Shown here: in pieces, positions 1-8,681 of the stretch | How positions within the stretch are numbered: the first letter of the stretch is position 1 | How the letters are laid out: each line of letters opens with the position of its first letter | Origin: Bacteroidales bacterium | Lineage (GTDB): Bacteria; Bacteroidota; Bacteroidia; Bacteroidales; UBA4181 | Direction: 5' to 3' | Length of the DNA stretch: 64,000 nucleotides | Assembly (NCBI GenBank): GCA_031275285.1 | Contig: JAISOY010000211.1 | Span: forward strand, 17,318 to 81,317 | Program-made: the position numbers and the translations under genes | Notes under the pieces: generated by a model | What the model was told of the DNA's origin: nothing | What the model saw: the letters and a program-made list of their open reading frames with translations, nothing else | Databases searched by the model: none

Positions 1-269
1 AAATTAAAACGGACTTACAGTCCTTGATATCTTGATGTTTGAAAGCAATATTATTAAAATCATTCCTATGCTTAATGATCATGCTGATAGATAACCCAAG
101 CGGATTATTACGTAACATCAGATACTAACTAAAATATGATAGATATACGAGACTTATTTGATCAACCAGAAGCATACCTGTCTTAAAACTATCGTCTATT
201 TCTATTAAGTAGATGTTCATAATTAGTTTCCATTATCATATTTTCTGTTCTCCTGCTCATACAGTGGTG

Positions 270-446
270 TTACACTTGGGAGGCCTGATCTTCCGGAAGC
301 GGGCACCAGTCCTGCAAAGTGAAGGGGCAAGCCGGAAGCTGTCTGAGCCGTTAGGTGAGTCCTTCCGGCGTCCCGTAGCGTGCAGTGGCTGGTCGCTGAG
401 GAAGCAAGCCTTGATTTTTGCTTCTTTTTATCAAGAAAAAGAAGAG
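270..446. other. GC-rich intergenic element with repeated CTTCCGG / CCGGAAGC words that can form alternative helices, ending in a 9-bp-stem hairpin (421-429 / 436-444)
   Basis: This stretch is visibly more GC-rich than its AT-rich flanks. GCCGGAAG (331-338) is perfectly complementary to CTTCCGGC (362-369). CTTCCGG occurs twice (290-296, 362-368) and CCGGAAGC twice (293-300, 332-339). CTTCTTTTT/AAAAAGAAG forms a hairpin with loop ATCAAG, and the loop can also pair with CTTGAT at 410-415. The class and the functional strand are unknown. Confidence 0.3.
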
Positions 447-695
447 TAAAAAAATGATTCCATATATGTATGGTATATTTTTAAACAATTAGCTAAATAA
501 ATCTACTCTCACATCAATAATGCCCTATGATAGTGCAAAAAATACCAAAAAATGCACTTTAATAGTGTAATTTTGTTGCCCTTATAAAAAAGTGAAATAT
601 GGATAAGTTTTCGAATACTCAAATACAGGAGCATATGCACGCTGTTAGTAATCAATAAACGAATTTCATATAGGCTCATGAAAGCCGGAGCTATG

Positions 696-1463
696 CTACG
701 AACCAACAATACGATATACTTTCCCTGAAGCGTACCGGTCCGTTGCGATAATCGAAAAATGTTCTTTAAAAGGTTGAAAAGTAGAGAGGGCCAGTTCCGG
801 AGCATTATTCTCCTCGGAAAGATGGGAAAGTAATACCATCTGTAAATCGGGATGATGATGTGCTCTCAATAGTTCCAATGCCTGTAGGTTTGACAGGTGT
901 CCATGAGAAGAAGCGATCCTTTTTTTCAGGTAATAAGGGTATCGTCCCGTCCATAGTTTATCTTCATCATAATTACTCTCCAGGAAAAGGGCCTGGCATT
1001 GCCTGAAATGGCAGGACACATTTTCGCAGGCTTCACCGATATCTGTAAAAACCCCCACATTGATGTGTTGGTAATTGATCCTGAAACTACAGGGTTCGGC
1101 GGCATCATGCTTTTTCAGGAAGGTATATACCGTAAATGCATCTATTTCTATGGTATCGCCAGGATCGAAAAAAACAACATCCCCGGGGCGGTCACTGATG
1201 CCCGACCCCTGCCAGGTTCTTTCGGTCATGTATGCCCTGATGCCGTTTTTTTTACAGAATACCCTTGCCCCTTTGATATGATCGGTATGTTCATGTGAGA
1301 TAAAAACAGCCTTTATCTTTTCCGGGTTCAGGTTTTTCTGTTTCATCCGCTCCATGATGCGCAGGCAACTGATGCCGGCATCGATCAGGACGGCACTTTC
1401 TTCATTCCCGATATAGTAACAGTTACCGTTACTCCCCGATGCTATGGCACATATCTCTATCAT
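696..1463 (-). CDS. MBL-fold metallo-hydrolase
   Basis: 255-aa ORF with the HxHxDH metal motif (SHEHTDHIKG) and a YycJ-like N-terminus (ICAIASGSNGNCYYIG). It starts 4 nt after the stop of the upstream gene on the same strand. Confidence 0.85.
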   Translation of the reverse strand: MIEICAIASGSNGNCYYIGNEESAVLIDAGISCLRIMERMKQKNLNPEKIKAVFISHEHTDHIKGARVFCKKNGIRAYMTERTWQGSGISDRPGDVVFFDPGDTIEIDAFTVYTFLKKHDAAEPCSFRINYQHINVGVFTDIGEACENVSCHFRQCQALFLESNYDEDKLWTGRYPYYLKKRIASSHGHLSNLQALELLRAHHHPDLQMVLLSHLSEENNAPELALSTFQPFKEHFSIIATDRYASGKVYRIVGS

Positions 1464-1467
1464 GCGC

Positions 1468-3252
1468 CTATTGGTCCATTGCTTTTACCACGATCTGGGC
1501 GATGTCTTCCACCTGTTGTGTTCCTGCTCCTGCAAATGTCTTTTTGCATAACGGACAGGCGGTTACCAATATATCAGGATGTTCTTCAGTCAGTTTTTCC
1601 AGTGCGTCCCGGGCTATTTTCCTGCGTTGGTCGTTCGTCAGTACCGCGTTACCTACGCTTGCCCCGCAACAAAGCGATTTTTCCCGCTCATTAGGATTAC
1701 CCATCACATAAGCGACCTGGTACAATACCTGTCGTGGCGGCTGGTAGATACCTCCCGAATTACGGCCCAGGTCACAGGGGTCGTGGTATACGACCGATAG
1801 ACCGGTATGATTGACGGAGATTTTTCCCGTATCGAGTAATTGTTCGATATACTGGGTGTGGTGCATCACCGGTATCGGCAGGTCATATTCCTCATTGAAC
1901 ACTTTGAAGCAGATAGGGCACGATGTCACCAGTAGTTTAGCATTGGATTGCAGGATGATGTCCGTATTCTTCCGGATCAATACCGCTGCTGACTCTTCCT
2001 GTCCCAGTAGCATGACCGGACGGCCGCAGCAGATACCGCCTCCTTCATCCATCATCCGGTAATTGACGCCTGCTTTTTCAAAAATGGTACGCATGGCCTT
2101 TTCTATGCCGGGAGTAACATGACTCATGCAACCGGCAAAGTACAACACATCGGTCCGGATGGTTTCGGCCGGAGGAATATATTGGTATTGTTGCGGACTG
2201 TGGAAAGAACCGGAACGGCGGACATTCTGCTTCAGACGGCATGAATCGATACCCACAGGACAGGCATCTACACAACGTCCGCACATCAGGCATTGCTGTG
2301 CCGCCTCTTCAATATTCCCTTTTTCATCCCGAAGCATACGCATGAAGTAGACGGTTGTTTTCCTGTCGAGGTGTGCTGCTGAAGACATCTGGCAGGCATC
2401 GATACAGATACCGCAACGGGAACAGGAATATAACTCGATATTGCCATATCCCGCATTGGTCTTTCTACTCTTGATGCCGGCATTCCGTAATACGATGAGC
2501 AGTATTTCAGTAGGGATATGCATGAAACGTGAAAAGGGCAGTGCAAAGAAAAAAGCGCCTAAGGCAATGGAATAAGCCCACCACATCGGCCGGATCAGGG
2601 CTTCGTTATGGACGAATGATTCAAAGACCAGTCCAAATCCACGGGTAAGGAAGCTGCCGCCACTGATGCCGGAGGTAAAGCTTTCGGCCAGCAGGCGTAA
2701 TGGAAAGATGGCCCAAAGGGTGTAAACCGCTATCGAATCCCCGATTTTCAACTTGGTGGTACGCCGCATACCCATCAAACGTGAATTGATACGTTTGTAG
2801 ATCGCTAAACCAATCCCTGTGAGCACCATTAGAAGGAAAAAGTCCATGAGGAAGAACAACAGCGATCCCTTGAGCGTGGTTTCGGTTTCCATCATGAAAT
2901 AACGGAAGAAGATCGGGAAATAAGGCAGTTTGACCCTGTCCGGACAATATAACTGAACTTCAAGATGCCCCAGTATGATCAGCATGAACCACCCGAAAGC
3001 AATGCTCATGTGCATGTAACCCAGAACGGGGTTCCTTTTCCATATTTTTCTGTGGATCAGGCATTCGATGAAGATCTCTTTAATGGAAACAAATATCTTA
3101 CGACTGAAAATGCTTTTCCCTAGCTTTTTCCGGTCTTCGTAAGGCAGTTCTTTGACGGTTTTGATGATTCCTGCAAAAAGATAGATCAGGATATAGATAA
3201 ATCCGGCCATGAAAGGCAGGACAAAAGGATCATATATAAAACGTTCGCGCAT
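1468..3252 (-). CDS. Membrane-anchored HdrD/DsrK-like Fe-S oxidoreductase (polytopic N-terminal domain, 2x[4Fe-4S] and 2 CCG domains)
   Basis: The N-terminal ~300 aa are hydrophobic and multi-helix, with conserved His (GYMHMSIAFGWFMLIILGH, SRFMHIP). Two cluster motifs are present: CSRCGICIDAC and CLMCGRCVDACP. Two CCG domains are present: C..ICCG..SCPIC and C..LCCG..ACPLC. The ORF-track start at 3363 overlaps the upstream gene, so the ATG at 3252 (MRERF...) was chosen. Confidence 0.8.
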   Translation of the reverse strand: MRERFIYDPFVLPFMAGFIYILIYLFAGIIKTVKELPYEDRKKLGKSIFSRKIFVSIKEIFIECLIHRKIWKRNPVLGYMHMSIAFGWFMLIILGHLEVQLYCPDRVKLPYFPIFFRYFMMETETTLKGSLLFFLMDFFLLMVLTGIGLAIYKRINSRLMGMRRTTKLKIGDSIAVYTLWAIFPLRLLAESFTSGISGGSFLTRGFGLVFESFVHNEALIRPMWWAYSIALGAFFFALPFSRFMHIPTEILLIVLRNAGIKSRKTNAGYGNIELYSCSRCGICIDACQMSSAAHLDRKTTVYFMRMLRDEKGNIEEAAQQCLMCGRCVDACPVGIDSCRLKQNVRRSGSFHSPQQYQYIPPAETIRTDVLYFAGCMSHVTPGIEKAMRTIFEKAGVNYRMMDEGGGICCGRPVMLLGQEESAAVLIRKNTDIILQSNAKLLVTSCPICFKVFNEEYDLPIPVMHHTQYIEQLLDTGKISVNHTGLSVVYHDPCDLGRNSGGIYQPPRQVLYQVAYVMGNPNEREKSLCCGASVGNAVLTNDQRRKIARDALEKLTEEHPDILVTACPLCKKTFAGAGTQQVEDIAQIVVKAMDQ

Positions 3253-3257
3253 GTATG

Positions 3258-3599
3258 TTATGTTCGGGATAGGGGATGGGTGAATCGATGGATGGCCAGT
3301 ACTACATTGCGGGTGTTGACGCCTCTCGGACAAAGCATCTGGCATTTGCCGCAAAGCATGCACTTTTCAATATCTTCGTGGATTTTTTTGATCTGGCCAC
3401 GCATGACCATCAGTTGTGCCATCCGCAGGTTAAAATGAGTGAAATGGCCCGCAGAACAGGTGGCCATGCAGGTTCCACATCCGATACATATGGCGAAGGA
3501 TGGCTCAAAGCGAAGCACGAAAGCAGCCACATCCTTTGGTGTCTGGTCCAGGTCAATTTTCTGGCTTTGGTTGATGCTATATCCGAAATCCGGTTTCAT
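3258..3599 (-). CDS. HdrC-like 4Fe-4S dicluster ferredoxin-domain protein
   Basis: 113-aa ORF with two CxxCxxCxxxC motifs (CIGCGTCMATCS, CMLCGKCQMLCP). It lies between the HdrA-like and HdrD-like genes on the same strand. Confidence 0.8.
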   Translation of the reverse strand: MKPDFGYSINQSQKIDLDQTPKDVAAFVLRFEPSFAICIGCGTCMATCSAGHFTHFNLRMAQLMVMRGQIKKIHEDIEKCMLCGKCQMLCPRGVNTRNVVLAIHRFTHPLSRT

Positions 3600-3615
3600 C
3601 CTGTGTGATTCAAAA

Positions 3616-4644
3616 TTATTTTGGGGAAGACTTCAGGTATTCGGATATGGCAATAGCTGCTCCTCTGGCGTCGGCCATTGTTTCCGGAATAGTTTTCGGT
3701 CCTGTGCATGTCCCGGCAACAAATACCCCTTTCTGCCGGGTATAGTTGCTTTGCAAATATTCATCGCCTACATTCAGGAAACGGTCTTTACCGGTGGTAA
3801 TATCCAGCATACGTGCCAGTTCTTCTGTTTCATCGGGCGCTTCCATACCCGACATCAACACCACCAGGTCGACGGATATTTTTAATAATTTCCCCATTAA
3901 AGTATCTTCCGCTTTGATGGTGACCTGTCCGTCAATACTTTCGGCAGCTTCCGATAAGCGTCCGCGGACGAACATTACCCCGTATTTGGTCTGGGCTTCC
4001 AGGTACATATTTTCAAAATGACGGTCAAACATGCGCAGGTCCATGTAGAAGCAGTATACTTCCGCTTCGGGGTACATCTGTTTTATTTCACAAGCCTGTT
4101 TCACGGCCGTGGCACAACAGACCTTGGAGCAATGGCGGTTATTGACCTTTTCGTCACGGGAACCGACACAGTGAATGAACGCGACACGTTTGGGCTCTTT
4201 TCCCTTGCTGGTAGTTACCGGATTTCCGGATGCAAACATTTTCTCGAGGTCGGAAGACGTGATCACATTATCATAGATGCCATAGCCGTATTCTTCCTTT
4301 CGGTGGGCATCGAACAGCCGGAATCCTGTAGTCAGGAGCACTGATGATGCTGTGACTCCCTGTCCGTCGGACAACCAGATGCGGAAATTCCGTCCGTCCG
4401 GCTGAATATCGGCCACAGAGGTTCCGGTAAGTATTTTTACCGGTGTTTTTTCAACAGCAGCGACCAATTCTCCGGAAAGCAGCGCAGCGTTTCTTTGAAA
4501 AGGGAACAACCGGTCCCAGTTGGCAACATGGCCTCCCGGTTCTTTTTCTTTCTCAACAAGTATTACTTCATGTCCCATGTTAGAAAGCCGGGTGGCGGCT
4601 TCTATCCCTGCAATACCTGCACCTATAACGGCAACATCATACAT
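3616..4644 (-). CDS. HdrA-like FAD-dependent oxidoreductase (minimal HdrA/QmoA-type core)
   Basis: N-terminal dinucleotide fold MYDVAVIGAGIAGIEAA...LVEKE, and the HdrA-type cluster signature CVGSRDEKVNNRHCSKVCC. Confidence 0.8.
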   Translation of the reverse strand: MYDVAVIGAGIAGIEAATRLSNMGHEVILVEKEKEPGGHVANWDRLFPFQRNAALLSGELVAAVEKTPVKILTGTSVADIQPDGRNFRIWLSDGQGVTASSVLLTTGFRLFDAHRKEEYGYGIYDNVITSSDLEKMFASGNPVTTSKGKEPKRVAFIHCVGSRDEKVNNRHCSKVCCATAVKQACEIKQMYPEAEVYCFYMDLRMFDRHFENMYLEAQTKYGVMFVRGRLSEAAESIDGQVTIKAEDTLMGKLLKISVDLVVLMSGMEAPDETEELARMLDITTGKDRFLNVGDEYLQSNYTRQKGVFVAGTCTGPKTIPETMADARGAAIAISEYLKSSPK

Positions 4645-4848
4645 TTGTCAAAATTTTAAACGACTCCTTTAAAACCCACATCAGCATAACTGGTGGTTAC
4701 CTATCATCCTGAAAAAATACAGCATCCGGCAATTTTTCGGAGGTCTTTTTGTCATACTTAAATGATAAAAATCAGGTTCAAAAATAGTGAAATAATAATT
4801 TCCCTTCAAACTTTAACAATAAAATGTTAGCAATGCCTTTGAAAATCT

Positions 4849-4856
4849 TACATTTG
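4849..4856 (+). promoter_or_regulatory. Candidate Bacteroidota -7 box (TACATTTG) for folK
   Basis: Exact TAnnTTTG match ending 4 nt before the folK ATG. No well-spaced -33 TTTG was seen. Confidence 0.35.
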
Positions 4857-4860
4857 CATC

Positions 4861-5346
4861 ATGAAAAAATCATATCTGTTGCTGGGAAGTAATATCGGAG
4901 ACAGGGAAGCGTATTTGAGACGTAGTATATCCTTATTGGGGGCGAATTGCGGGAAGGTTAACCGGTTGTCTTCGATCTATGAAAGTGAACCGTGGGGATT
5001 CGATCACCCTGACTGGTTCCTGAATCAGGCTGTGGAATTGCTCACATTGCTGGATGCACATATATTACTTGAAAAGATCCAGGAAATAGAGACTGCATTG
5101 GGGCGAATCCGTACCTCTGGAGATTATGAAGCGCGGACCATGGATATCGATATTATTTTTTATGGTAAAGAACAGATCCATCTTCCGGATCTGGTAGTTC
5201 CCCATCCTCATATGGCTGAACGCATGTTTGTGTTACAACCTTTATCGGATCTGATACCGGATTGGGTACATCCTGTTTTAGACCGGACGATCCATGTTCT
5301 GAAGGAAGAATGTACTGATGTTTTGACGGTACGGAAATGGGATTGA
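4861..5346 (+). CDS. folK: 2-amino-4-hydroxy-6-hydroxymethyldihydropteridine diphosphokinase
   Basis: 161 aa with HPPK hallmarks: LLGSNIGD, YESEPWGF, RTMDIDIIFY, VVPHPHMAERMFVLQPL. Confidence 0.92.
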   Translation: MKKSYLLLGSNIGDREAYLRRSISLLGANCGKVNRLSSIYESEPWGFDHPDWFLNQAVELLTLLDAHILLEKIQEIETALGRIRTSGDYEARTMDIDIIFYGKEQIHLPDLVVPHPHMAERMFVLQPLSDLIPDWVHPVLDRTIHVLKEECTDVLTVRKWD

Positions 5347-5400
5347 TATGACTTTTTTCCCTTAATTATTAAAATGCTTCCGTAGCTTAAAAAAAAGCTA

Positions 5401-5408
5401 TATATTTG
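5401..5408 (+). promoter_or_regulatory. Candidate -7 box (TATATTTG) upstream of secDF
   Basis: Exact TAnnTTTG match 45 nt upstream of the secDF ATG. Confidence 0.4.
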
Positions 5409-5453
5409 CGCTCAATTTTTATGAAACCATACATTATATAATAAAAGGATACA

Positions 5454-8400
5454 ATGCGCAATAAAGGAATTATCAGGGCATTTGCTATAGCGATGGCATT
5501 GGTGTGCCTGTATCAACTGTTGTTTACCTGGAAGACTTATACTGTTGAAAAAGCGGCTAAAGAATATGCAGCTGGTGACTACAACAAAGAAGCAAAATAT
5601 TTGGATTCCATATCCAATGTAGAAGTTTATAATTTTCTGGGGTTACGTAAGTATACGTATAAAGAATGTAAAGAGCGGGAAATCAACCTGGGCCTCGACC
5701 TGAAGGGAGGGATGAACGTTATTCTGGAAGTATCGGTGGCTGATGTTGTCAAGGCCTTATCGAATTACAATCCGGATCCGACTTTTCAGCAGGCACTTAC
5801 CCGTGCTACCCAGATGCAGCAAAACAGCCAGGAAGATTATATCACCCTTTTCGGAAGGGCATTCCGTGAAATCGATCCCAATGCCCGTTTGGCAGCGATA
5901 TTCCGTACTCCTGAAATGGGCGATAAGATCAAATTTGACGCGACCAATGAAGAGGTGCTTCGTATCATACGTAATGAATCAAACAGTGCCATTGATAATG
6001 CTTTCAATATCATCCGTACAAGGATTGACAAGTTTGGGGTAGTACAACCTAATATCCAGCAGTTAGAGACCAAAGGTCGGATATTGGTAGAATTACCGGG
6101 TGTGAAAGAGCCTGAAAGGGTCCGTAAGTTATTGCAGGGATCTGCGAATCTCGAATTCTGGGAAACTTACGATAATTCGGAAGTATACCCATATCTGTTA
6201 CAGGCCAATGAAAAGATCAAAGAAATAGAAGATGCCAAAGCTGCTCTGGAGACACCGGAGACAGAAACACAAGCAACTTCTTCCGTTCAGCAGCCGGTAG
6301 CAGAAGCATCTGTACAGGATACTTCTTCCCAGGGTGGATTACTTGACCGGTTGAGTCAGGAAGGTACTACCGTTACCGATACTGCAGCATTACAGGGTGA
6401 TGTAATGAAGGATTTTCCTTTATTTTCAGTGTTGAGTCCCAATGTATCCCAGAATCAGCTTATGCCGGGATCAATTGTTGGGATGGCTCGTATAAAAGAT
6501 ACGGCTCAGGTAAATCGTTATCTTTCTATGGCTCAGGTACGTGACCTGATGCCTCGTAACATAAAATTCCTGTGGGCAGTAAAGCCGATGAAAGATCCTA
6601 ATGATCCTCAAAGAAAACGCGACACGGATTTTTTTGAATTACATGCCATCAAGCAGACAGGACGTGATGGACGCCCTCCGTTGAGTGGCGATGCCATTAC
6701 TACAGCATCTGCTAATTTCGCCGATCAGGGAGGCTCTTCAGCTGAAGTCTCTATGACGATGAACAAAGAAGGCGCCCAGACATGGGCCCGGATGACCAAG
6801 GAAAATATTGGCCGTTCGATAGCCATTGTTTTGGATGACAACGTTTATTCCGCACCTAATGTTCAGACGGAAATTACGGGAGGACAATCAAGGATTACCG
6901 GTAATTTTACGATCAATGAAGCCACGGACCTTGCCAATATTTTGAAATCAGGAAAATTGCCGGCGAAAGCCCGCATTATCCAGGATGAAGTGGTCGGTCC
7001 TACTTTAGGAAAAGAATCCATCCGCGCCGGGTTTATCTCTTTCATTATGGCATTGGTAGTGGTGATGCTCTATCTGGCATTCTATTACAGTAGTGCCGGT
7101 GTGGTTGCAGACATCGCTTTGATGGTAAATATGTTCTTCCTGATGGGTGTGCTCGCTTCACTGGGAGCCGTGCTCACTTTGCCGGGTATTGCAGGTATCG
7201 TATTGACGCTGGGTATGGCGGATGATGCCAACATCATCATATTTGAGCGTATCCGGGAAGAGCTTCGAGCGGGTAAAGGGTTGCGGCTGGCAGTATCCGA
7301 CGGATATAAAAATGCATACTCTGCGATCATTGACGGTAACGTTACTACGCTTCTGACAGGGGTTGTATTATATTTCTTTGGAACAGGGCCTATTCAGGGA
7401 TTTGCCACTACCTTGGTTTTGGGTATCCTCACTTCTATGTTCTGTTCTATCTTTATCAGCCGCCTGATCTTTGAGTGGATGCTGGACAGGAACAAAAATA
7501 TCAAGTTTTCCATTCCGGCTACAGCCAATGTATTCAGTAAAGCGAAGTTCAATTTCATAGATTTCCGTAAGAAAACTTATATTATATCACTTTCGATGGT
7601 GGCCGTAGTTTTATTGTCCATCATATTCCAGGGATTTAATATGGGGATTGACTTTACCGGTGGACGTAGTTATACCGTTCGTTTTAACGATCCTGTAAAT
7701 ACCGTAGAACTGCAGTCTTCTTTACGGGATGCATTAGAGAACAGTTCTCCGGAAGTAAAAACCTTCGGTTCTGATAATCAGGTGAAAATAACAACGAATT
7801 ACCTGATGGAAGAAGAATTGAACCATGAAATAACCGGTAATGTCGACAGTATTGTTTTGGTACGTTTGTATGAAGGTTCTAAATATTTACTGGGTGATAA
7901 TGTGGATATTGAGCAATTCCGTACGGATCATATCATGTATTCGCAAAAAGTAGGAGCAAGCATTGCCCATGATATCAAGCGTAATGCCGTGATTGCGGTA
8001 TTGCTGTCGTTGATGGTGATCTTCCTGTATATCTTCATGCGATTCAGGAACTGGCAGTTTGGATTGGCTGCCGTCACTTCCCTCTTCTTTGTAGCAACCA
8101 TTATGATCGGATTGTATTCGTTGTTGTATAAGGTGATGCCTTTCTCCATGGAGATTGACCAGCATTTTATAGCAGCTATCCTGACCATCATCGGTTATGC
8201 GATCAACGATACGGTGATTATTTTCGACCGTATCCGTGAATATGTGACGCTTTATCCGAAACGTTCGATGAAAGAGACATACAATGCTGCTATTAATAGT
8301 ACATTGGGTCGTACCATGAATACCTCGCTGTCAACCATGTTTGTATTGTTCATCATCTTCCTTTTCGGGGGAGAAATGATTCGTGGTTTTGCGTTTGCTC

Positions 8401-8504
8401 TGCTGGTTGGTATTATGGTCGGTACCTATTCTTCCATCTTTACGGCCGCTCCGATTGTATTTGATTTAATGAATAGAAAAAACAAAAAGGAAGTAAAGAA
8501 ATAA
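5454..8504 (+). CDS. secDF: Protein translocase subunit SecDF (fused SecD-SecF)
   Basis: 1016 aa. The first half has SecD features (N-terminal TM, large periplasmic domain, 6-TM block with GIAGIVLTLGMADDANIIIFERIREE). The second half has SecF features (GIDFTGG, second 6-TM block with GYAINDTVIIFDRIRE). Confidence 0.95.
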   Translation: MRNKGIIRAFAIAMALVCLYQLLFTWKTYTVEKAAKEYAAGDYNKEAKYLDSISNVEVYNFLGLRKYTYKECKEREINLGLDLKGGMNVILEVSVADVVKALSNYNPDPTFQQALTRATQMQQNSQEDYITLFGRAFREIDPNARLAAIFRTPEMGDKIKFDATNEEVLRIIRNESNSAIDNAFNIIRTRIDKFGVVQPNIQQLETKGRILVELPGVKEPERVRKLLQGSANLEFWETYDNSEVYPYLLQANEKIKEIEDAKAALETPETETQATSSVQQPVAEASVQDTSSQGGLLDRLSQEGTTVTDTAALQGDVMKDFPLFSVLSPNVSQNQLMPGSIVGMARIKDTAQVNRYLSMAQVRDLMPRNIKFLWAVKPMKDPNDPQRKRDTDFFELHAIKQTGRDGRPPLSGDAITTASANFADQGGSSAEVSMTMNKEGAQTWARMTKENIGRSIAIVLDDNVYSAPNVQTEITGGQSRITGNFTINEATDLANILKSGKLPAKARIIQDEVVGPTLGKESIRAGFISFIMALVVVMLYLAFYYSSAGVVADIALMVNMFFLMGVLASLGAVLTLPGIAGIVLTLGMADDANIIIFERIREELRAGKGLRLAVSDGYKNAYSAIIDGNVTTLLTGVVLYFFGTGPIQGFATTLVLGILTSMFCSIFISRLIFEWMLDRNKNIKFSIPATANVFSKAKFNFIDFRKKTYIISLSMVAVVLLSIIFQGFNMGIDFTGGRSYTVRFNDPVNTVELQSSLRDALENSSPEVKTFGSDNQVKITTNYLMEEELNHEITGNVDSIVLVRLYEGSKYLLGDNVDIEQFRTDHIMYSQKVGASIAHDIKRNAVIAVLLSLMVIFLYIFMRFRNWQFGLAAVTSLFFVATIMIGLYSLLYKVMPFSMEIDQHFIAAILTIIGYAINDTVIIFDRIREYVTLYPKRSMKETYNAAINSTLGRTMNTSLSTMFVLFIIFLFGGEMIRGFAFALLVGIMVGTYSSIFTAAPIVFDLMNRKNKKEVKK

Positions 8505-8520
8505 TCTCGATTGAGATCAA

Positions 8521-8568
8521 AAACAGAAAGCCGCCTAAACAATAAAATTAGGCAGCTTTCTGTTTTTT
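8521..8568 (+). terminator. Rho-independent terminator after secDF
   Basis: ACAGAAAGCCGCCTAA ... TTAGGCAGCTTTCTGT stem with one mismatch, followed by a T-run, 17 nt after the secDF stop. Confidence 0.8.
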
Positions 8569-8681
8569 AATATTTCTGTCTGGTAAAGCCTGGGTTTATT
8601 CATAACAGAAAAATATTTATATGGGATAACTCCCTGTAGGTATTATTATTTCCGATTCTATGAAGTTATCTTCATTTTTAA

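Noticed and set aside
270-410. SRP RNA, cobalamin/TPP/SAM riboswitch, tmRNA, RNase P or group II intron domain V identity for the GC-rich block
   Set aside because: I compared both strands by eye with the conserved cores I remember (GGAA-tetraloop/AGCA SRP motif, GCCACUG B12 box context, CUGAGA...ACCUGAUCUGGAUAAUGCCAGCG, UCUUAUCAAGAGAGG, and others). Only short chance-level matches were found. An Infernal/Rfam scan is needed for a real answer.
213-449. 78-aa ORF (MFIISFHYHIF...ASFYQEKEE) as a protein-coding gene
   Set aside because: The sequence is low-complexity and junk-like. It spans a GC-rich helix-forming block and a perfect hairpin. There is no recognisable domain or plausible promoter context. 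It is treated as a non-coding element instead.
3253-3363. N-terminal extension of the HdrD-like ORF (track start 3363)
   Set aside because: The extension overlaps the 3' end of the upstream ferredoxin gene by ~100 nt and encodes non-hydrophobic filler. The ATG at 3252 gives a 5-nt gap and starts right before the first TM helix.
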